Shown here one piece after another: positions 49,901 through 62,511 of a stretch of 64,000 bases of DNA. The position numbers and the translations under genes are program-made. The notes under the pieces were generated by a model. It saw only the letters and a list, made by a program, of their open reading frames with translations. It was not told where the DNA came from and made no database searches. Source of the stretch: Macrostomum hystrix (taxonomy: Eukaryota > Animalia > Platyhelminthes); the NCBI GenBank assembly GCA_950097015.1, contig CATNEN010000003.1, forward strand, positions 12,028,001-12,092,000, in the 5' to 3' direction. Position 1 is the stretch's first letter. Each line of letters opens with the position of its first letter.

Positions 49901-51198
49901 CCCTGTCTAATCTCTCCCGTGTCTCATCTCTCCCGTGTCTCATCTCTCCCGTGTCTAATCTCTCCCGTGTCTCATCTCTCCCGTGTCTCATCTCTCCCGT
50001 GTCTCATCTCTCCCCTATCTCATATTTATACAGTCAATGCGGCCCGCTGTCGTCTTTTAGGTTCTCTCTTTGGCCCGCCAGCAAATAAGTTTGGCAAATA
50101 AGCTAGCAAATAACCCCTGAGTTAGATGAAGAGGCTAGCAATATAGAGACAATCTTTTAACATGTCATACCTAGAACATGTCATTCATGTAGAAAAAGTG
50201 AAAGACAAACATGTTAGCCTCTGTATAAATTCTTTTGAACTTACTCTTTAGCTAGGGATTTTTTCATTTATGTTCTTTTATAAATAGTTTTTTTTCCTTA
50301 AAAGACGTTCTATAACTTTACATATATATACCCGAAGTTTTACAAATTTCTTCTTTTGGTCGAGTGTGTACATGGCAGATGTACTTAAATTTCATAGATA
50401 TTTCTAGATGTTTCTAGGTATCGTAAAAATTTCTTGAAATCCCCAATAAAATGTCTTAAGATCTCCTACTAAATATCTATAGATCTCATTTCTAGGTGTC
50501 TCTTGATCTCTCTCGTACTGGAGGTCGCTAGATCTCGTACTAGATGATCCTATATATCATGCAAGATGTCTCTAGATCTTATTCTAGGTGTCCCTAGATC
50601 TTATTCTAGGTGTCCCTAGATCTTATTCTAGGTGTCCCTAGATCTTATTCTAGGTGTCCCTAGATCTCATAGTAGATTTCCCTAGATCGCATTATAAAAT
50701 TCCCTAGATCTCTAATAGATTTACATAGATCTCATAATAGATTTCCTTAGATCTCATAATATATTTTCCTAGATCTCACATTAGATTTCCCTAGATTTTA
50801 TACTAGATTTCTCTAGGATCTAGTACTATATCTAGATGTCCATTGATCTCTCATACTAGAAGTCCCTAGATCTCATACTATATTTCCCTAGATCTCACCC
50901 TGTAATCCACTCCAACGGTGGTGATGAAGGTGCTGCCAGGAAATTTGGAGTCCTTGAACTGATGCAGGAAGCTGGTCTTGCCAACTCCGCTATCGCCAAT
51001 CAGCATCACCCTGCAGGCCGTATCATAGGGCTCCGAGCAGCCCCCGGTTGATCCGTGGCGAGCTAACATTGGCGGCGACCGGTTCGACTGTCGCTCCCGA
51101 CGTCTTTCAAGGAGGCCGACGCCTCCGCCGACTCCGCAGACGGAATGTCTAGCCGATGTTCGGTAATTGAGTATTCTAGTTCGCTCTGTTGGCTGCAT
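43971..51198 (-). CDS. RAB26: Rab26/Rab37-like small GTPase (about 277 aa); complement join(51198-50899,48175-48134,45573-45507,45429-45254,44483-44404,44139-43971)
   Basis: [47 protein letters not shown]-terminal CSYC; all introns GT-AG and phase-consistent. Confidence 0.88.
44192..44388. repeat. 21-bp minisatellite (GACATGTTCAATGATCTGTTA)n
   Basis: Fills most of the 264-nt last Rab intron. Confidence 0.9.
44598..45245. repeat. 16-bp minisatellite (CTGACACAATGACTCA)n
   Basis: About 26 near-perfect units plus a degenerate tail running up to the donor at 45253. Confidence 0.92.
45615..47662. repeat. 20-bp minisatellite (AACATGTTATGATTGTGTCT)n
   Basis: About 100 units in strict phase. Confidence 0.95.
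48517..50119 (+). mobile_element. Non-autonomous hAT (Charlie/MER58-like) element carrying a 1.4-kb 16-bp minisatellite
   Basis: Left end CAGGGGTCGGCAAACTCCGGCCCGCGGGCC, right end AAGTTTGGC...ACCCCTG, subterminal GGCCCG motifs, perfect 8-bp TSD AGTTAGAT (48509-48516 and 50120-50127). Confidence 0.9.
50400..50898. repeat. 22-bp degenerate minisatellite (CTAGATCTTATTCTAGGTGTCC)n
   Basis: Runs right into the Rab exon-1 donor. Confidence 0.8.
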
Positions 51199-51354
51199 GC
51201 TGCTTTGCAAAAGAGCACAGTTACGAGAAGAAAAAGCAGCAATTCGGTCTAGCCCCTTTATTCCTATTCCTGTCTTTCAAGTCCAACCAATTTCTATTAT
51301 GCATCCCCCGCGCCGTGTGCGCTTTTTTCTCCTCTAAACCTTTTTTATTCAGCT

Positions 51355-51640
51355 GGATTCTGATTGGCTCGGCTGTCTGGGCGGGGGTGGGCGGTGAGGC
51401 TGGGGAGACAGAATTAGGAATTAGTCCAAAGCAGAAATGCTAAAGCTCGAGTGTTCCGCCTTCTCTCTTCTCTCCCGCCGAAGAGCATTCGAGTGTGTGT
51501 GCGTGTGTGCGTGTGTGTGAGGGATATTTTAAGATTTCCCAAAGCGAAAACTGGGATGACTCGGTGACGGGCGAGGCTTCAGGCCGCTCATTCTATATTT
51601 ATCAGCTTCCCAACGATTCTTTACTAGGCCAATCAAATCA
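51355..51640 (-). promoter_or_regulatory. Candidate Rab promoter region
   Basis: CCAAT boxes (TGATTGGC at 51361, GCCAATCA at 51628), GC boxes at about 51379-51394, (GT)n tract. Confidence 0.35.
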
Positions 51641-51949
51641 GCGAAATCGTTAAGAAATTAGCTTTCTTAGAAAGACGAATAAATGGGATTAGAGAATAAG
51701 GGAAGTTCTCATCACTTATTAAATAATATGTGAAAGCTTATCTGAATGGATGACATTGATATGTCCAAGGTAAACATATGCCGTGCATGGGGCAATCTGA
51801 TATTGAGTGCTAGTAAATAGTGCTCCACTCTCAAAGGACACAGGAAGGAACATGTAATAGGAAAAATGTCATAGGATGTAGGGAAAGGAAAAGGGGAAGA
51901 AAGGGATGAAATGAAGGAATATGGGAAGAGGATATATTTAACTTTTCGG

Positions 51950-52340
51950 CAAGGGGATTTTTACTGATAAGGGACGAGGATTTTTAGGCATAGAGAAAGA
52001 GGATATTTAGGAATAGAGGGAGAGGATTTTTAGGGATAGAGGGAGAGGATTTTTAGGGATAGAGGGAGAGGATTTTTAGGGATAGAGGAAGAGGATTTTT
52101 AGGGATAGAGGGAGAGGATTTTTAGGGATAGAGGGAGAGGATTTTTAGGGATAGAGGAAGAGGATTTTTAGGGATAGAGGAAGAGGATTTTTTAGGATAG
52201 GGGAAGAGGATTTTTAGGGATAGAGGAAGAGGAGTTTTAGGGATAGAGGAAGAGGATTTTTTAGGATAGGGGAAGAGGTTTTTTAGGGATAGGGGAAGAG
52301 GATTCTTAGGGATAGGGGAAGTGGATATTTAGGGATCAGA
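51950..52340. repeat. 23-bp minisatellite (AGAGGATTTTTAGGGATAGAGGG)n
   Basis: Tandem units. Confidence 0.88.
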
Positions 52341-53169
52341 TAAAATGAAATTTAGGGATTTTGATAATAAAGTTTAGGGAATGACTGACAGGCGCTGGAA
52401 GAAATAAAACAAAGAGTAGAAGAACCAGCTATCTATAAGCAAATAAAAGAGCAATAAAGTAGGGCGGATATGCCAAAACTCTGACAGAACGATATATAGA
52501 AAGAAAGATACGGCGAATGGTCACGATCCAATTATGCAGAAGTTAAATAGGAAGTGCTAGTTCGTAGGAACTGCATAGAAGAATTATACTCATATGGCAG
52601 GATGAAATCCAGAGTGGGGTTGGAATCTGCATCTAATTATAAGCTAGATATCTATAGGACAATATATACATACAGCGCCAATGTGGAGATTCGAAGATAG
52701 CTTTGAGTACTATATTGTATGATTGCCGAATAGTTTGCTAATAAAAATAGGATAATAGAATTTGATTAATCGATAAGCGGCTACTTTTTAAGTAAAGTGG
52801 CTAGTATAGAACACTTCGCGTGTCTTGTCTACTTAAACAGGCCCAAGAAAAAAAGACTGTTAAAAATATTTAAATAAAAGATGTGAATTGCTAGGGTATT
52901 TATTTTCTTTGGGAACAGGAAGCAAAACAAACATTTTGGTCACAATGGGTTTAGGAAAACAATTACTTTTTTTCAGTTCAGCAAGCCTTTGTCAAAGATG
53001 ACAAAAGACTTACGCAAAAAAGGCAAAAACTGAAAAAGCTAAGTGACGAGGCAAAGAAACGGATAAGTATGACAGGGTGGCCAGAAGAACCTTTAGGATG
53101 TGGAAACACAATGGGATAAACATTTTGTCTGCTAGGCAAACATTAAAAAGACAGCAGAAACAAAGTGGG

Positions 53170-54535
53170 AGAGTAGACACGGAGAGGGATGAGAGTAGAC
53201 ACGGAGAGGGATGAGAGTAGACACGGAGAGGGATGAGAGTAGACACAGAGAGGGATGAGAGTAGACACTGAGAGGGATGAGAGTAGACACGGAGAGGGAT
53301 GAGAGTAGACACAGATAGGGATGAGAGTAGACACAGAGAGGGATGAGAGTAGACACGGAGAGGGATGAGAGTAGACACGGAGAGGGATGAGAGTAGACAC
53401 GGAGAGGGATGAGAGTAGACACAGAGGGGTAGACACAGAGGGGTGAGAGTAGACACGGAGAGGGATGAGAGTAGACACAGAGGGGTAGACACAGAGGGGT
53501 GAGAGTAGACAGTAGACGCAAAGAGTAGCCACTGGACACAAATAGAGTAAAGTAGGCAGTAGACACACATAGAGTAGGCAGTAGACACACATAGAGTAGG
53601 CAGTAGACACACATAGAGTAGGCAGTAGACACACATAGAGTAGGCAGTAGACACACATAGAGTAGGCAGTAGACACACATAGAGTAGGCAGTAGACACAT
53701 AGAGTAGGCAGTAGACACACATAGAGTGGACATTAGACACACACAGAGTAGGCAGTAGACACACACAGAGTAGGTAGTAGACACACACAGAGTAGGCAGT
53801 AGACACACACAGAGTAGGCAGTAGACACACACAGAGTAGGTAGTAGACACACATGGAGTAGGCAGTAGACACACATGGAGTAGGCAGTAGACACACATAG
53901 AGTAGGCAGTAGACACACATAGAGTAGGCAGTAGACACACATAGAGTAGGCAGTAGGCACATAGAGTAGGCAGTAGACACACATAGAGTGGACATTAGAC
54001 ACACACAGAGTAGGCAGTAGACACACACAGAGTAGGTAGTAGACACACACAGAGTAGGCAGTAGACACACACAGAGTAGGCAGTAGACACACACAGAGTA
54101 GGTAGTAGACACACATGGAGTAGGCAGTAGACACACATGGAGTAGGCAGTAGACACACACAGAGTAGGCAGTAGACACACATGGAGTAGGCAGTAGACAC
54201 ACATGGAGTAGGCAGTAGACACACACAGAGTAGGCAGTAGACACACACAGAGTAGGTAGTAGACACACATGGAGTGGGTAGTAGACACACACAGAGTAGG
54301 CAGTAGACACACATGGAGTAGGCAGTAGACACACATGGAGTAGGCAGTAGACACACACAGAGTAGGCAGTAGACACACACAGAGTAGGCAGTAGACACAC
54401 ACAGAGTAGACAGTAGACACACATGGAGTAGGCAGTAGACACACATCGAGTAGGCAGTAGACACACATGGAGTAGGCAGTAGACACACATGGAGTAGGCA
54501 GTAGACACACATGGAGTAGGCAGTAGACACACATC
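53170..54535. repeat. Two adjoining 22-bp minisatellites sharing an AGTAGACAC core
   Basis: (GAGAGTAGACACGGAGAGGGAT)n at 53170-53510, then (AGAGTAGGCAGTAGACACACAT)n at 53545-54535. Confidence 0.92.
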
Positions 54536-55024
54536 GATATTGCCGGCACGAGGCTGGTTTGCAGTCAGTCTTGGCACAGGAGTCTTGTGCATAAATTTAC
54601 TCATCTATTGCATTGGGCAGTGATTTTCACTAGTCACTATGCAAACCAAAGCTCATTACCCTAAGGCTGCATAGAGTCATGGCAGTGCATGTTGTTGTAT
54701 TAATACGTATATTATGCCCCAATTAATATGCTGAGGCTTGGTATCGCTTTATTGATATTGGGGACTAGGGTCGATATGGAAATGTCGCTTCTCTAGGAAC
54801 CGATTCGTATTAGCACTGACATGTTATCCGAATGCCATCAATCCAAAGCAGTTTCGCTTGTTTCGTGTCAAAAATGCGTTCGCGACACAATATGATGTGT
54901 ACTTTTAGCAATTGCTATTCTCTGCTTTTGCGATTTGATAGCTTTAGCCAGACTGCCTCGCTGCTGAATTGCTTTTCTGAGGGCTTTTTAGGAAATTAAA
55001 ATTCAATGAGACACCCAGGCTCAG

Positions 55025-57140
55025 ATTAGGAGAGAGGCTGGTAGACTGGGAGAAATGCTGGTAGATCAGGAGAGATGCTGGTAGATCAGGAGAGATGCTG
55101 GTTGATGGGGAGAGATGCTGGTTGATGGGGAGAGATGCTGGTAGATCAGGAGAGAGGCTGGTAGATTGGGAGAGATGCTGGTAGATCAGGAGAGATGCTG
55201 GTAGATTGGGAGAATGGCTGATAGATCAGGAGAGATGCTGGTAGATTGGGAGAAATGCTGATAGATCAGGAGAGATGCTGGTAGATAAGGAGAGATGCTG
55301 GTTGATGGGGAGAGATGCTGGTTGATGGGGAGAGATGCTGGTAGATCAGGAGAGAGGCTGGTAGATTGGGAGAGATGCTGGTAGATCAGGAGAGATGCTC
55401 GTAGATTGGGAGAGATGCTGGTAGATCAGGAGAGATGCTGGTAGATCAGGAGAGATGCTAGTAGATCAGGAGAGATGCTGGTAGATCAGGAGAGATGCTG
55501 GTAGATCAGGAGAGATGCTGGTAGATCAGGAGAGATGCTGGTAGATCAGGAGAGATGCTGGTAGATCAGGAGAGATGCTGGTAGATCAGGAGAGATGCTG
55601 GTAGATCAGGAGAGATGCTGGTAGATCAGGAGAGATGCTGGTAGATCAGGAGAGATGCTGGTAGATCAGGAGAGATGCTGATAGATCAGGAGAGATGCTG
55701 GTAGATGGGGAGAGATGCTGGTAGATTGGGAGAGATGCTGGTAGATCAGGAGAGATGCTGATAGATCAGGAGAGATGCTGGTAGATCAGGAGAGATGCTG
55801 GTTGATGGGGAGAGATGCTGGTAGATCAGGAGAGAGGCTGGTAGATTGGGAGAAATGCTGATAGATCAGGAGAGATGCTGGTAGATCAGGAGAGATGCTG
55901 GTAGATCAGGAGAGATGCTGGTAGATCAGGAGAGATGCTGGTTGATGGGGAGAGATGCTGGTAGATCAGGAGAGAGGCTGGTAGATTGGGAGAAATGCTG
56001 ATAGATCAGGAGAGATGCTGGTAGATCAGGAGAGATGCTGGTAGATCAGGAGAGATGCTAGTAGATCAGGAGAGATGCTGGTAGATCAGGAGAGATGCTG
56101 GTAGATCAGGAGAGATGCTGGTAGATCAGGAGAGATGCTGGTAGATCAGGAGAGATGCTGGTTGATGGGGAGAGATGCTGGTAGATCAGGAGAGAGGCTG
56201 GTAGATTGGGAGAAATGCTGATAGATCAGGAGAGATGCTGGTAGATCAGGAGAGATGCTGGTAGATCAGGAGAGATGCTGGTAGATCAGGAGAGATGCTG
56301 GTTGATGGGGAGAGATGCTGGTAGATCAGGAGAGAGGCTGGTAGATTGGGAGAAATGCTGATAGATCAGGAGAGATGCTGGTAGATCAGGAGAGATGCTG
56401 GTTGATGGGGAGAGATGCTGGTAGATCAGGAGAGAGGCTGGTAGATTGGGAGAAATGCTGGTAGATCAGGAGAGATGCTGGTAGATCAGGAGAGATGCTG
56501 GTAGATCAGGAGAGATGCTAGTAGATCAGGAGAGATGCTGGTAGATCAGGAGAGATGCTGGTAGATCAGGAGAGATGCTGGTTGATGGGGAGAGATGCTG
56601 GTAGATCAGGAGAGAGGCTGGTAGATTGGGAGAAATGCTAGTAGATCAGGAGAGATGCTGGTAGATCAGGAGAGATGCTGGTAGATCAGGAGAGATGCTG
56701 GTAGATCAGGAGAGATGCTGGTAGATCAGGAGAGATGCTGGTAGATCAGGAGAGATGCTGGTAGATCAGGAGAGATGCTGGTAGATTGGGAGAGATGCTG
56801 GTAGATCAGGAGAGATGCTGGTAGATTGGGAGAGATGCTGGTAGGTTTGGAAAGATACTGGTAGATTGGGAGAGATGCTGGCAGGTTTGGAAAGATACTG
56901 GTAGATTGGGAGAGATGCTGGTAGATCAGGAGAGATGCTAGTAGATTGGAAGAGATGCTAGTAGATTGGAAGAGATGCTGGTAGATAAGGAGAGATGCTA
57001 GTAGATAAGGAGAGATGCTGGCAGGTTTGGAAAGATGCTGGTAGGTTGGGAGAGATGCTGGTAGATTTGGAGAGATGCTGGTAGATTGGGAGAGATGCAG
57101 GGAGACTGGATGAGATTTAGGGAGACTGGGAGAGATGCAT
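55025..57140. repeat. 20-bp minisatellite (GTAGATCAGGAGAGATGCTG)n
   Basis: About 105 units in strict phase. Confidence 0.95.
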
Positions 57141-57642
57141 AACAGGGATTAGGGAAATCCTTCAAGAAAAAGTCAACAAATGTAGGTCGATATCGTATTA
57201 TATGACAAGCAAACTGGCAGCTTGAAAACGTTTTACTAGAAGACGGAAAACAGTAGCGGCTTGCTAGATTGATTTTATTTATCAAACAGTAACCTAAAAT
57301 GAAAGCCGGGAGAATTGCACAGGACAATCTGCATTTAGTTGGTACACAAAGAAAAAAAGCGAAAACTTATGAAAACAATGAGGAAAGACCCAAAACCGCA
57401 AGGGAGTTAAAATAAATGTACGAATAAAATACCGAAGCAATATAGAATTTGTGCTTTTAAATAAGAGCATCTATGAATAATGATACGCATAATTTTATAT
57501 AACAAATATTAAGCATTTTAAAAAAAACTAATGCTCAATTTCATAAGGACTGGAAAAAATGAAAATACCCTTTGAAATACTCGTAGGTAAGGATTGGTCG
57601 ATACGACTTGCAGACTTGGCCTAGGGAAAGCAAGTGTTAATT

Positions 57643-58130
57643 AGGGAAGGGTTTGGTTGAGAGCGAGTGTACATTGGGGGAAGGGTTTGGTGGAGAGCGA
57701 GTGTACATTGGGGGAAGGGTTTGGTTGAGAGCGAGTGTACATTAGGGGAAGGGTTTGGTGGATAGCGAGTGCACATTGGGGAAGGGTTTGGTGGAGAGCG
57801 AGTGTACATTGGGGAAGGGTTTGGCGGAGAGCGAGTGTACATTGGAGGAAGGGTTTGGTTGAGAGCGAGTGTACATTGGAGGAAGGGTTTGGTGGAGAGC
57901 GAGTGTACATTGGGGAAGGGTTTGGTGGAGAGCGAGTGTACATTGGGGAAGGGTTTGGTTGAGAGCGAGTGTACATTGGAGGAAGGGTTTGGTTGAGAAC
58001 GAGTGTACATTGGGGGAAGGGTTTGGTGGAGAGCGAGTGTACATTGGGGGAAGGGTTTGGTTGAGAGCGAGTGTACATTGGGGGAAGGGTTTGGTTGAGA
58101 GCGAGTGTACATAGGTGGAAGGGTTTGGTG
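57643..58130. repeat. 33-34-bp G-rich minisatellite (GGGGAAGGGTTTGGTGGAGAGCGAGTGTACATT)n
   Basis: Tandem units. Confidence 0.92.
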
Positions 58131-58588
58131 GAATTTTTAGTTTATTTATACTGATTCTACTTTTATTTTTTAAGCAATAAAAATCCTTAAAAAATCAATT
58201 AACAATTTTAAAGCACAAATCTTTAACCGAAGGCTATTTCAAAAACTAGATTAAAAAAACTAAAGAAATTTAGCATATTTGGCATTAAGGATCTCAATTA
58301 GCAGTAGCAAGTTAAGATTCTGAAAAAATCTGACATGTATAAAGGGGAAATAAAAGTGCGAAAGCTTACGAAGAAAGGAAAAAGGGAAACGTAATCGATA
58401 ACATAGAAAACAAATATAGAAACACAACCTTCCATACATGGTCATATCAGCACTACTGACAACATAAAAAAGACAAGTAGTATAGTAAATATATTGAAAT
58501 TTTTATAATACGCAATCCTAAAAACAAGTTGTTTAGCGCGAAAAATTGTCTTTTTGATTTGAAAAAAGTTTATTAAGCAGTAGATAAT

Positions 58589-61442
58589 TTATTCACTCTT
58601 TCCAGCTGACTCGTTTTCATCCTTGTCGGCGACACGATCAGCGGCATAGTCGACAGCGCGACGCTTCAGATCCCGTTCGGCTTAAAAAGTGCGTGAAAAA
58701 CGGGAGTTAGATGTTTGAACTTATAGCAATGAGAGCATGAATAATCGTAAAATGCTCGCCGTCAACATCATAATTCACGGCAGGGTTAGAGGCTAAATGG
58801 CTAAAACACTTTACTGATATGACTTGAAGGTCGAAAGTTCGAATCTGCAGCAGTACCTACATCGTCTGAAGAATTATATAGCAACAATAAATCAATAATT
58901 GATTAACTAAATGTCTCAAGTTAACTGTCTCTTATCTTCAACGAAATTTACTTAACTTAGCTAAACTATAAAATATACGTTATTAAAGATGTACTTTAGA
59001 CAGAGGAATTTAAAAGTACAAACCGAATTAGAAATATTTTCGGCTAATAAGCAATACTTTGTGTAATTTGTTATAAACTCCAGCATCGTGTGTTGAGATT
59101 TGACCACTCTTAGAGCTTTTAGGCCAAAATAATATCTGAAAATAGAAACTCGGTTTTGAGTTTTTCTCTACATATCGGCAATCGAAGAAAAACACTAAAG
59201 ATTAAAATTCAAGAACCGGAAATTTAAAATGCTTGTAATTATCTCACCGTCATGTTAATTAAAGCTAGTAAGTCTCAGCGTCACCATAGTAAAGCAACAG
59301 TAAGAACGATAAGTAGATTACAAACTACCAATTCGTCCCGATTTTAAATTGGCAAACTTATCAACTAATGAAACAATGACGATTCAAATAACTGCGAGTT
59401 TTACTCTCAATTGCTTCTCTTACCGGCCACTTGACCATGCTGAGCTGACTTGAACACTGGGATTGGAGTTGTGAAAATATAATTATAGAAATACATTATA
59501 GGTTACATAATTAAGGGTATTTGTTAACACAATTAGAACCAAAAGAAATATCTAATTTGAACGGAATTATAAATATTAATTCAACGTTTTCTACGTCTAG
59601 TTTTTAATGAACAAAAATATGATCTAATAATAGCTAACTGAAATGAAAATGGTGACTAAATTTTCACGTAATTATGTAACTCCGAAGCAATTTTGAAACT
59701 AAATCGTTTTTCTAATTATATTTTATAAGGTAGGGAAATTAATTACTTCACTTGAACTAAAATTGTTTGCTTTAACAGAAAACAATGACACAACACCTGA
59801 AGTGGTAAAAATAATGCAGTGGCTTACGCGTAGAACTCAAAGGTGAAGGTCCCGTGTTCGATTCCCATGTGGGGCTATACTTAGTAAACCCACTCACCTT
59901 CGTTCACAAGTTGTCCGGCGGCATCTTGCACTTTGTCCAGTGTGGCATCGATTCTTTGCTGATGCTTCATCACAAATGGACGAATAACTTTGGTGTACAG
60001 TGTCACAGAGCCATTCGAAGCAATTGGTAGCATCAGGTAGATCAGGAAGATGCACTTTAGAAACGCGTACAATGGAATCCACCAGAGGAAGATGTCGGTG
60101 AAGGTTTCCAATAGGCTGAACGCGGCATAGACAACCCAATATGTAAGCCATTTTGTATCGTCATCCTTCTCATGCGTCTCAATAGCCTTCACAGAGGCAT
60201 AGGCCGGATACAGAAAGCCAATGAAATTGGCTAGAAAATGAGAGCCATAGCCAAACATCAGGTAGATGGCCAGAAAGCCAATGAGACCTGCATTTATTAA
60301 AAAGAAAATTTACAATTTTCTTGCATTACTTTAATAAATTTATATATGGAAATTACACAGACAACTAGCAATGATGCAACATTCAACCTTCCAAAGGGCA
60401 TTTTGTAACTCAAACTTGCACCACTGATTCACAGAAATTTTTCAAGATGATTCTGCAGCTAGCTATCATTTACATGTGTATACTTTTATTCCAACTTTTC
60501 CAAGCTTTTATATAAAAGCCATTTAAATATAGCTAGCTCTTTACTTTTTCAGCATTTTTGGGCACTAATCTAGTTGTTAAGGGGAGATTGAACAAAACAC
60601 TTAATTACTTAGTGCTTCAACCTTTAGATTACATACTCCTAGCTATAATAAAATGAATTGCTATGTAGCTAGCTAAAATCAGCTAGGGTAGAAATTTTGG
60701 TTAGAATAAATTAGAAATCTTGACTTAAAAGTTTAGCCTTTAAACCTATGCAATTTCAAAAAGTTTGTATATATTTTTATGTTAAAAGTGAGCATCCAGC
60801 ATTTTTATTTCTTCATTATTTTATAATATATATAGGCCCTATTTGATTATATTACAATAATATTTTCTCATTAGGTAGTTACTGGTATTTAGTCTTTAAT
60901 GTTTTTTCTGTGCAAAAATTCCATGATAAGTTCTTATAGTTATTGCTGCTCTTTGGCTTAAGCATTCTATAGCTCTCTGGCTGAGAGAGCACTCAATAAT
61001 TTAAGCCCTTATACAGAGTTAAGCTGACCAAATAAATTGTGCAGTGTGTTTACATTCACAATACAAAGTCTATTTTTAGAAGTAAGTACTAGTACAATGG
61101 TAGTGATAGAATGTTAAAAAAATTGTTCTTTTATACTACAAACTATACTATATAATGTACTATGGGTACCAATTTAGTTTACTTCTCTTTACAACTCTAA
61201 TCTTCTATATTTTTAATATTATGCAAATATGAGTTATTTTAATACTTTCAAGTAAAGTCTGTTTATAAAGTGAACAGTCAGTTTTGCATGGTTCCAATTT
61301 AGTTATAAAACAAAACTATATAGCTCTTACCCAGAGCAAAATAAAGACGCTTGACTCCAGTTTTTTCCTCTAGCGTTTTGGATGTCTGTCCAATAATGTT
61401 GTCCTGGTGGAGAAATTTGTCTAGTTTGTTAACATACTCCAT
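58589..61442 (-). CDS. REEP5: REEP5/DP1/Yop1 ER-shaping protein (197 aa); complement join(61442-61331,60287-59898,58680-58589)
   Basis: LEEKTGVKR, IGFLYPAYASVKAIE, DDDTKWLTYWVVY, WIPLY, NGSVTLY...IRPF (TB2/DP1/HVA22 family); GT-AG junctions in phase; AATAAA at 58574-58569. Confidence 0.93.
58780..58855 (+). mobile_element. Degenerate SINE-A tRNA head
   Basis: GACTTGAAGGTCG...GTTCGAATC matches the head of the 3525-3843 element. Confidence 0.45.
59812..59876 (+). other. tRNA-like or SINE-head fragment in REEP5 intron 2
   Basis: CAGTGG A-box-like motif, GAAGGTCCCGTGTTCGATTCCC B box and T arm; no complete cloverleaf. Confidence 0.4.
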
Positions 61443-62511
61443 AATTAAAAATGGTCAGTGACTTAGGCCTAATGAATGTAGAAATAAATAATATTCGAAA
61501 ATATTTTACTACGACAATATCTTTTAATTTAACATATGATGTTTTTTAATCGGACTAACTAGTGTCTACACATAAGTCACCGCAAAGTATCGATTAAACT
61601 GCTGAAGTCAGCTTATTTAAAGGCCGTTTCTTGGAAATGTAAGCAATTTAAAAATAAGTAAGACACATTATAACAAAATGTTTTGACCAGAAAGATTTTA
61701 CAGACTACAGAGTTGTATACTTTCTAATAGAATATTTTAACATACTTGCTCTAACAAACAATGACTTTTAATACGTCATCTGAGTTAATAGTGGTAGAAA
61801 ATTTCACGTGGCAATAGCCCATTAATCTAGACTATTTTTTGCAGATAAGCGCATCTGCAGAAGTTTACTATATTGCCCCTTGCAGCTTTTTAGACTGACC
61901 TTTACCATATAAGAATCAATCGCATATTTTATCAAGCGACTGATTGTCAGTTTTTTTAGGTAACTCGGTTTGAACGTTCGTGCATAGCTAGTGTGTGCAA
62001 GCTAGAAAAAGGTGATAAAGTATATTATAAGTTATAACGTAGGTTATGACGCACATGAGGTTATAATGCACAACGGTACCTTGTAAGAAAGTTTCTTTCT
62101 GTTCTTGTTTTTTGAGCAAAGAGAACGATCATTAAAAAAGGGAGTAAATTTTACCCAACAGAAGTTTATTGCCTATATTTTTCGTGCTTTTGGTACATTG
62201 AATTTGCTCAAACTCAAAGGAGCCATATAGCTTGTATATTATGTCGAGAGTTTTTGGCGCATAGCGACAGCCTTTTTTATGTCTTTAAGTAAAACGTGGT
62301 TATGTTTTCGGATATAATTAAAATGTTGTCCTTGATTTAAAATTCATATTACATATTCATTGCTGGCTTCAATCAACGAATCAAGATAGCCAATTGCTCA
62401 GCATCTTTGACTCCATCCTCCCAGGGCAAATCGGGATTTAAATTGTACAAAATTCTGCAGGTCTCTAAATTGGTGCTCTTTACCCAAGAGCACTCGGCAG
62501 ACGATGTTAGA

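Noticed and set aside
1795-58114. Long repetitive ORFs (e.g. 863 aa [15 protein letters not shown], 513 aa VCWLVNHA, 402 aa FLKLAFDIECNGS)
   Set aside because: They are translations of stop-free minisatellite units, open in several frames and often inside introns; there is no coding evidence
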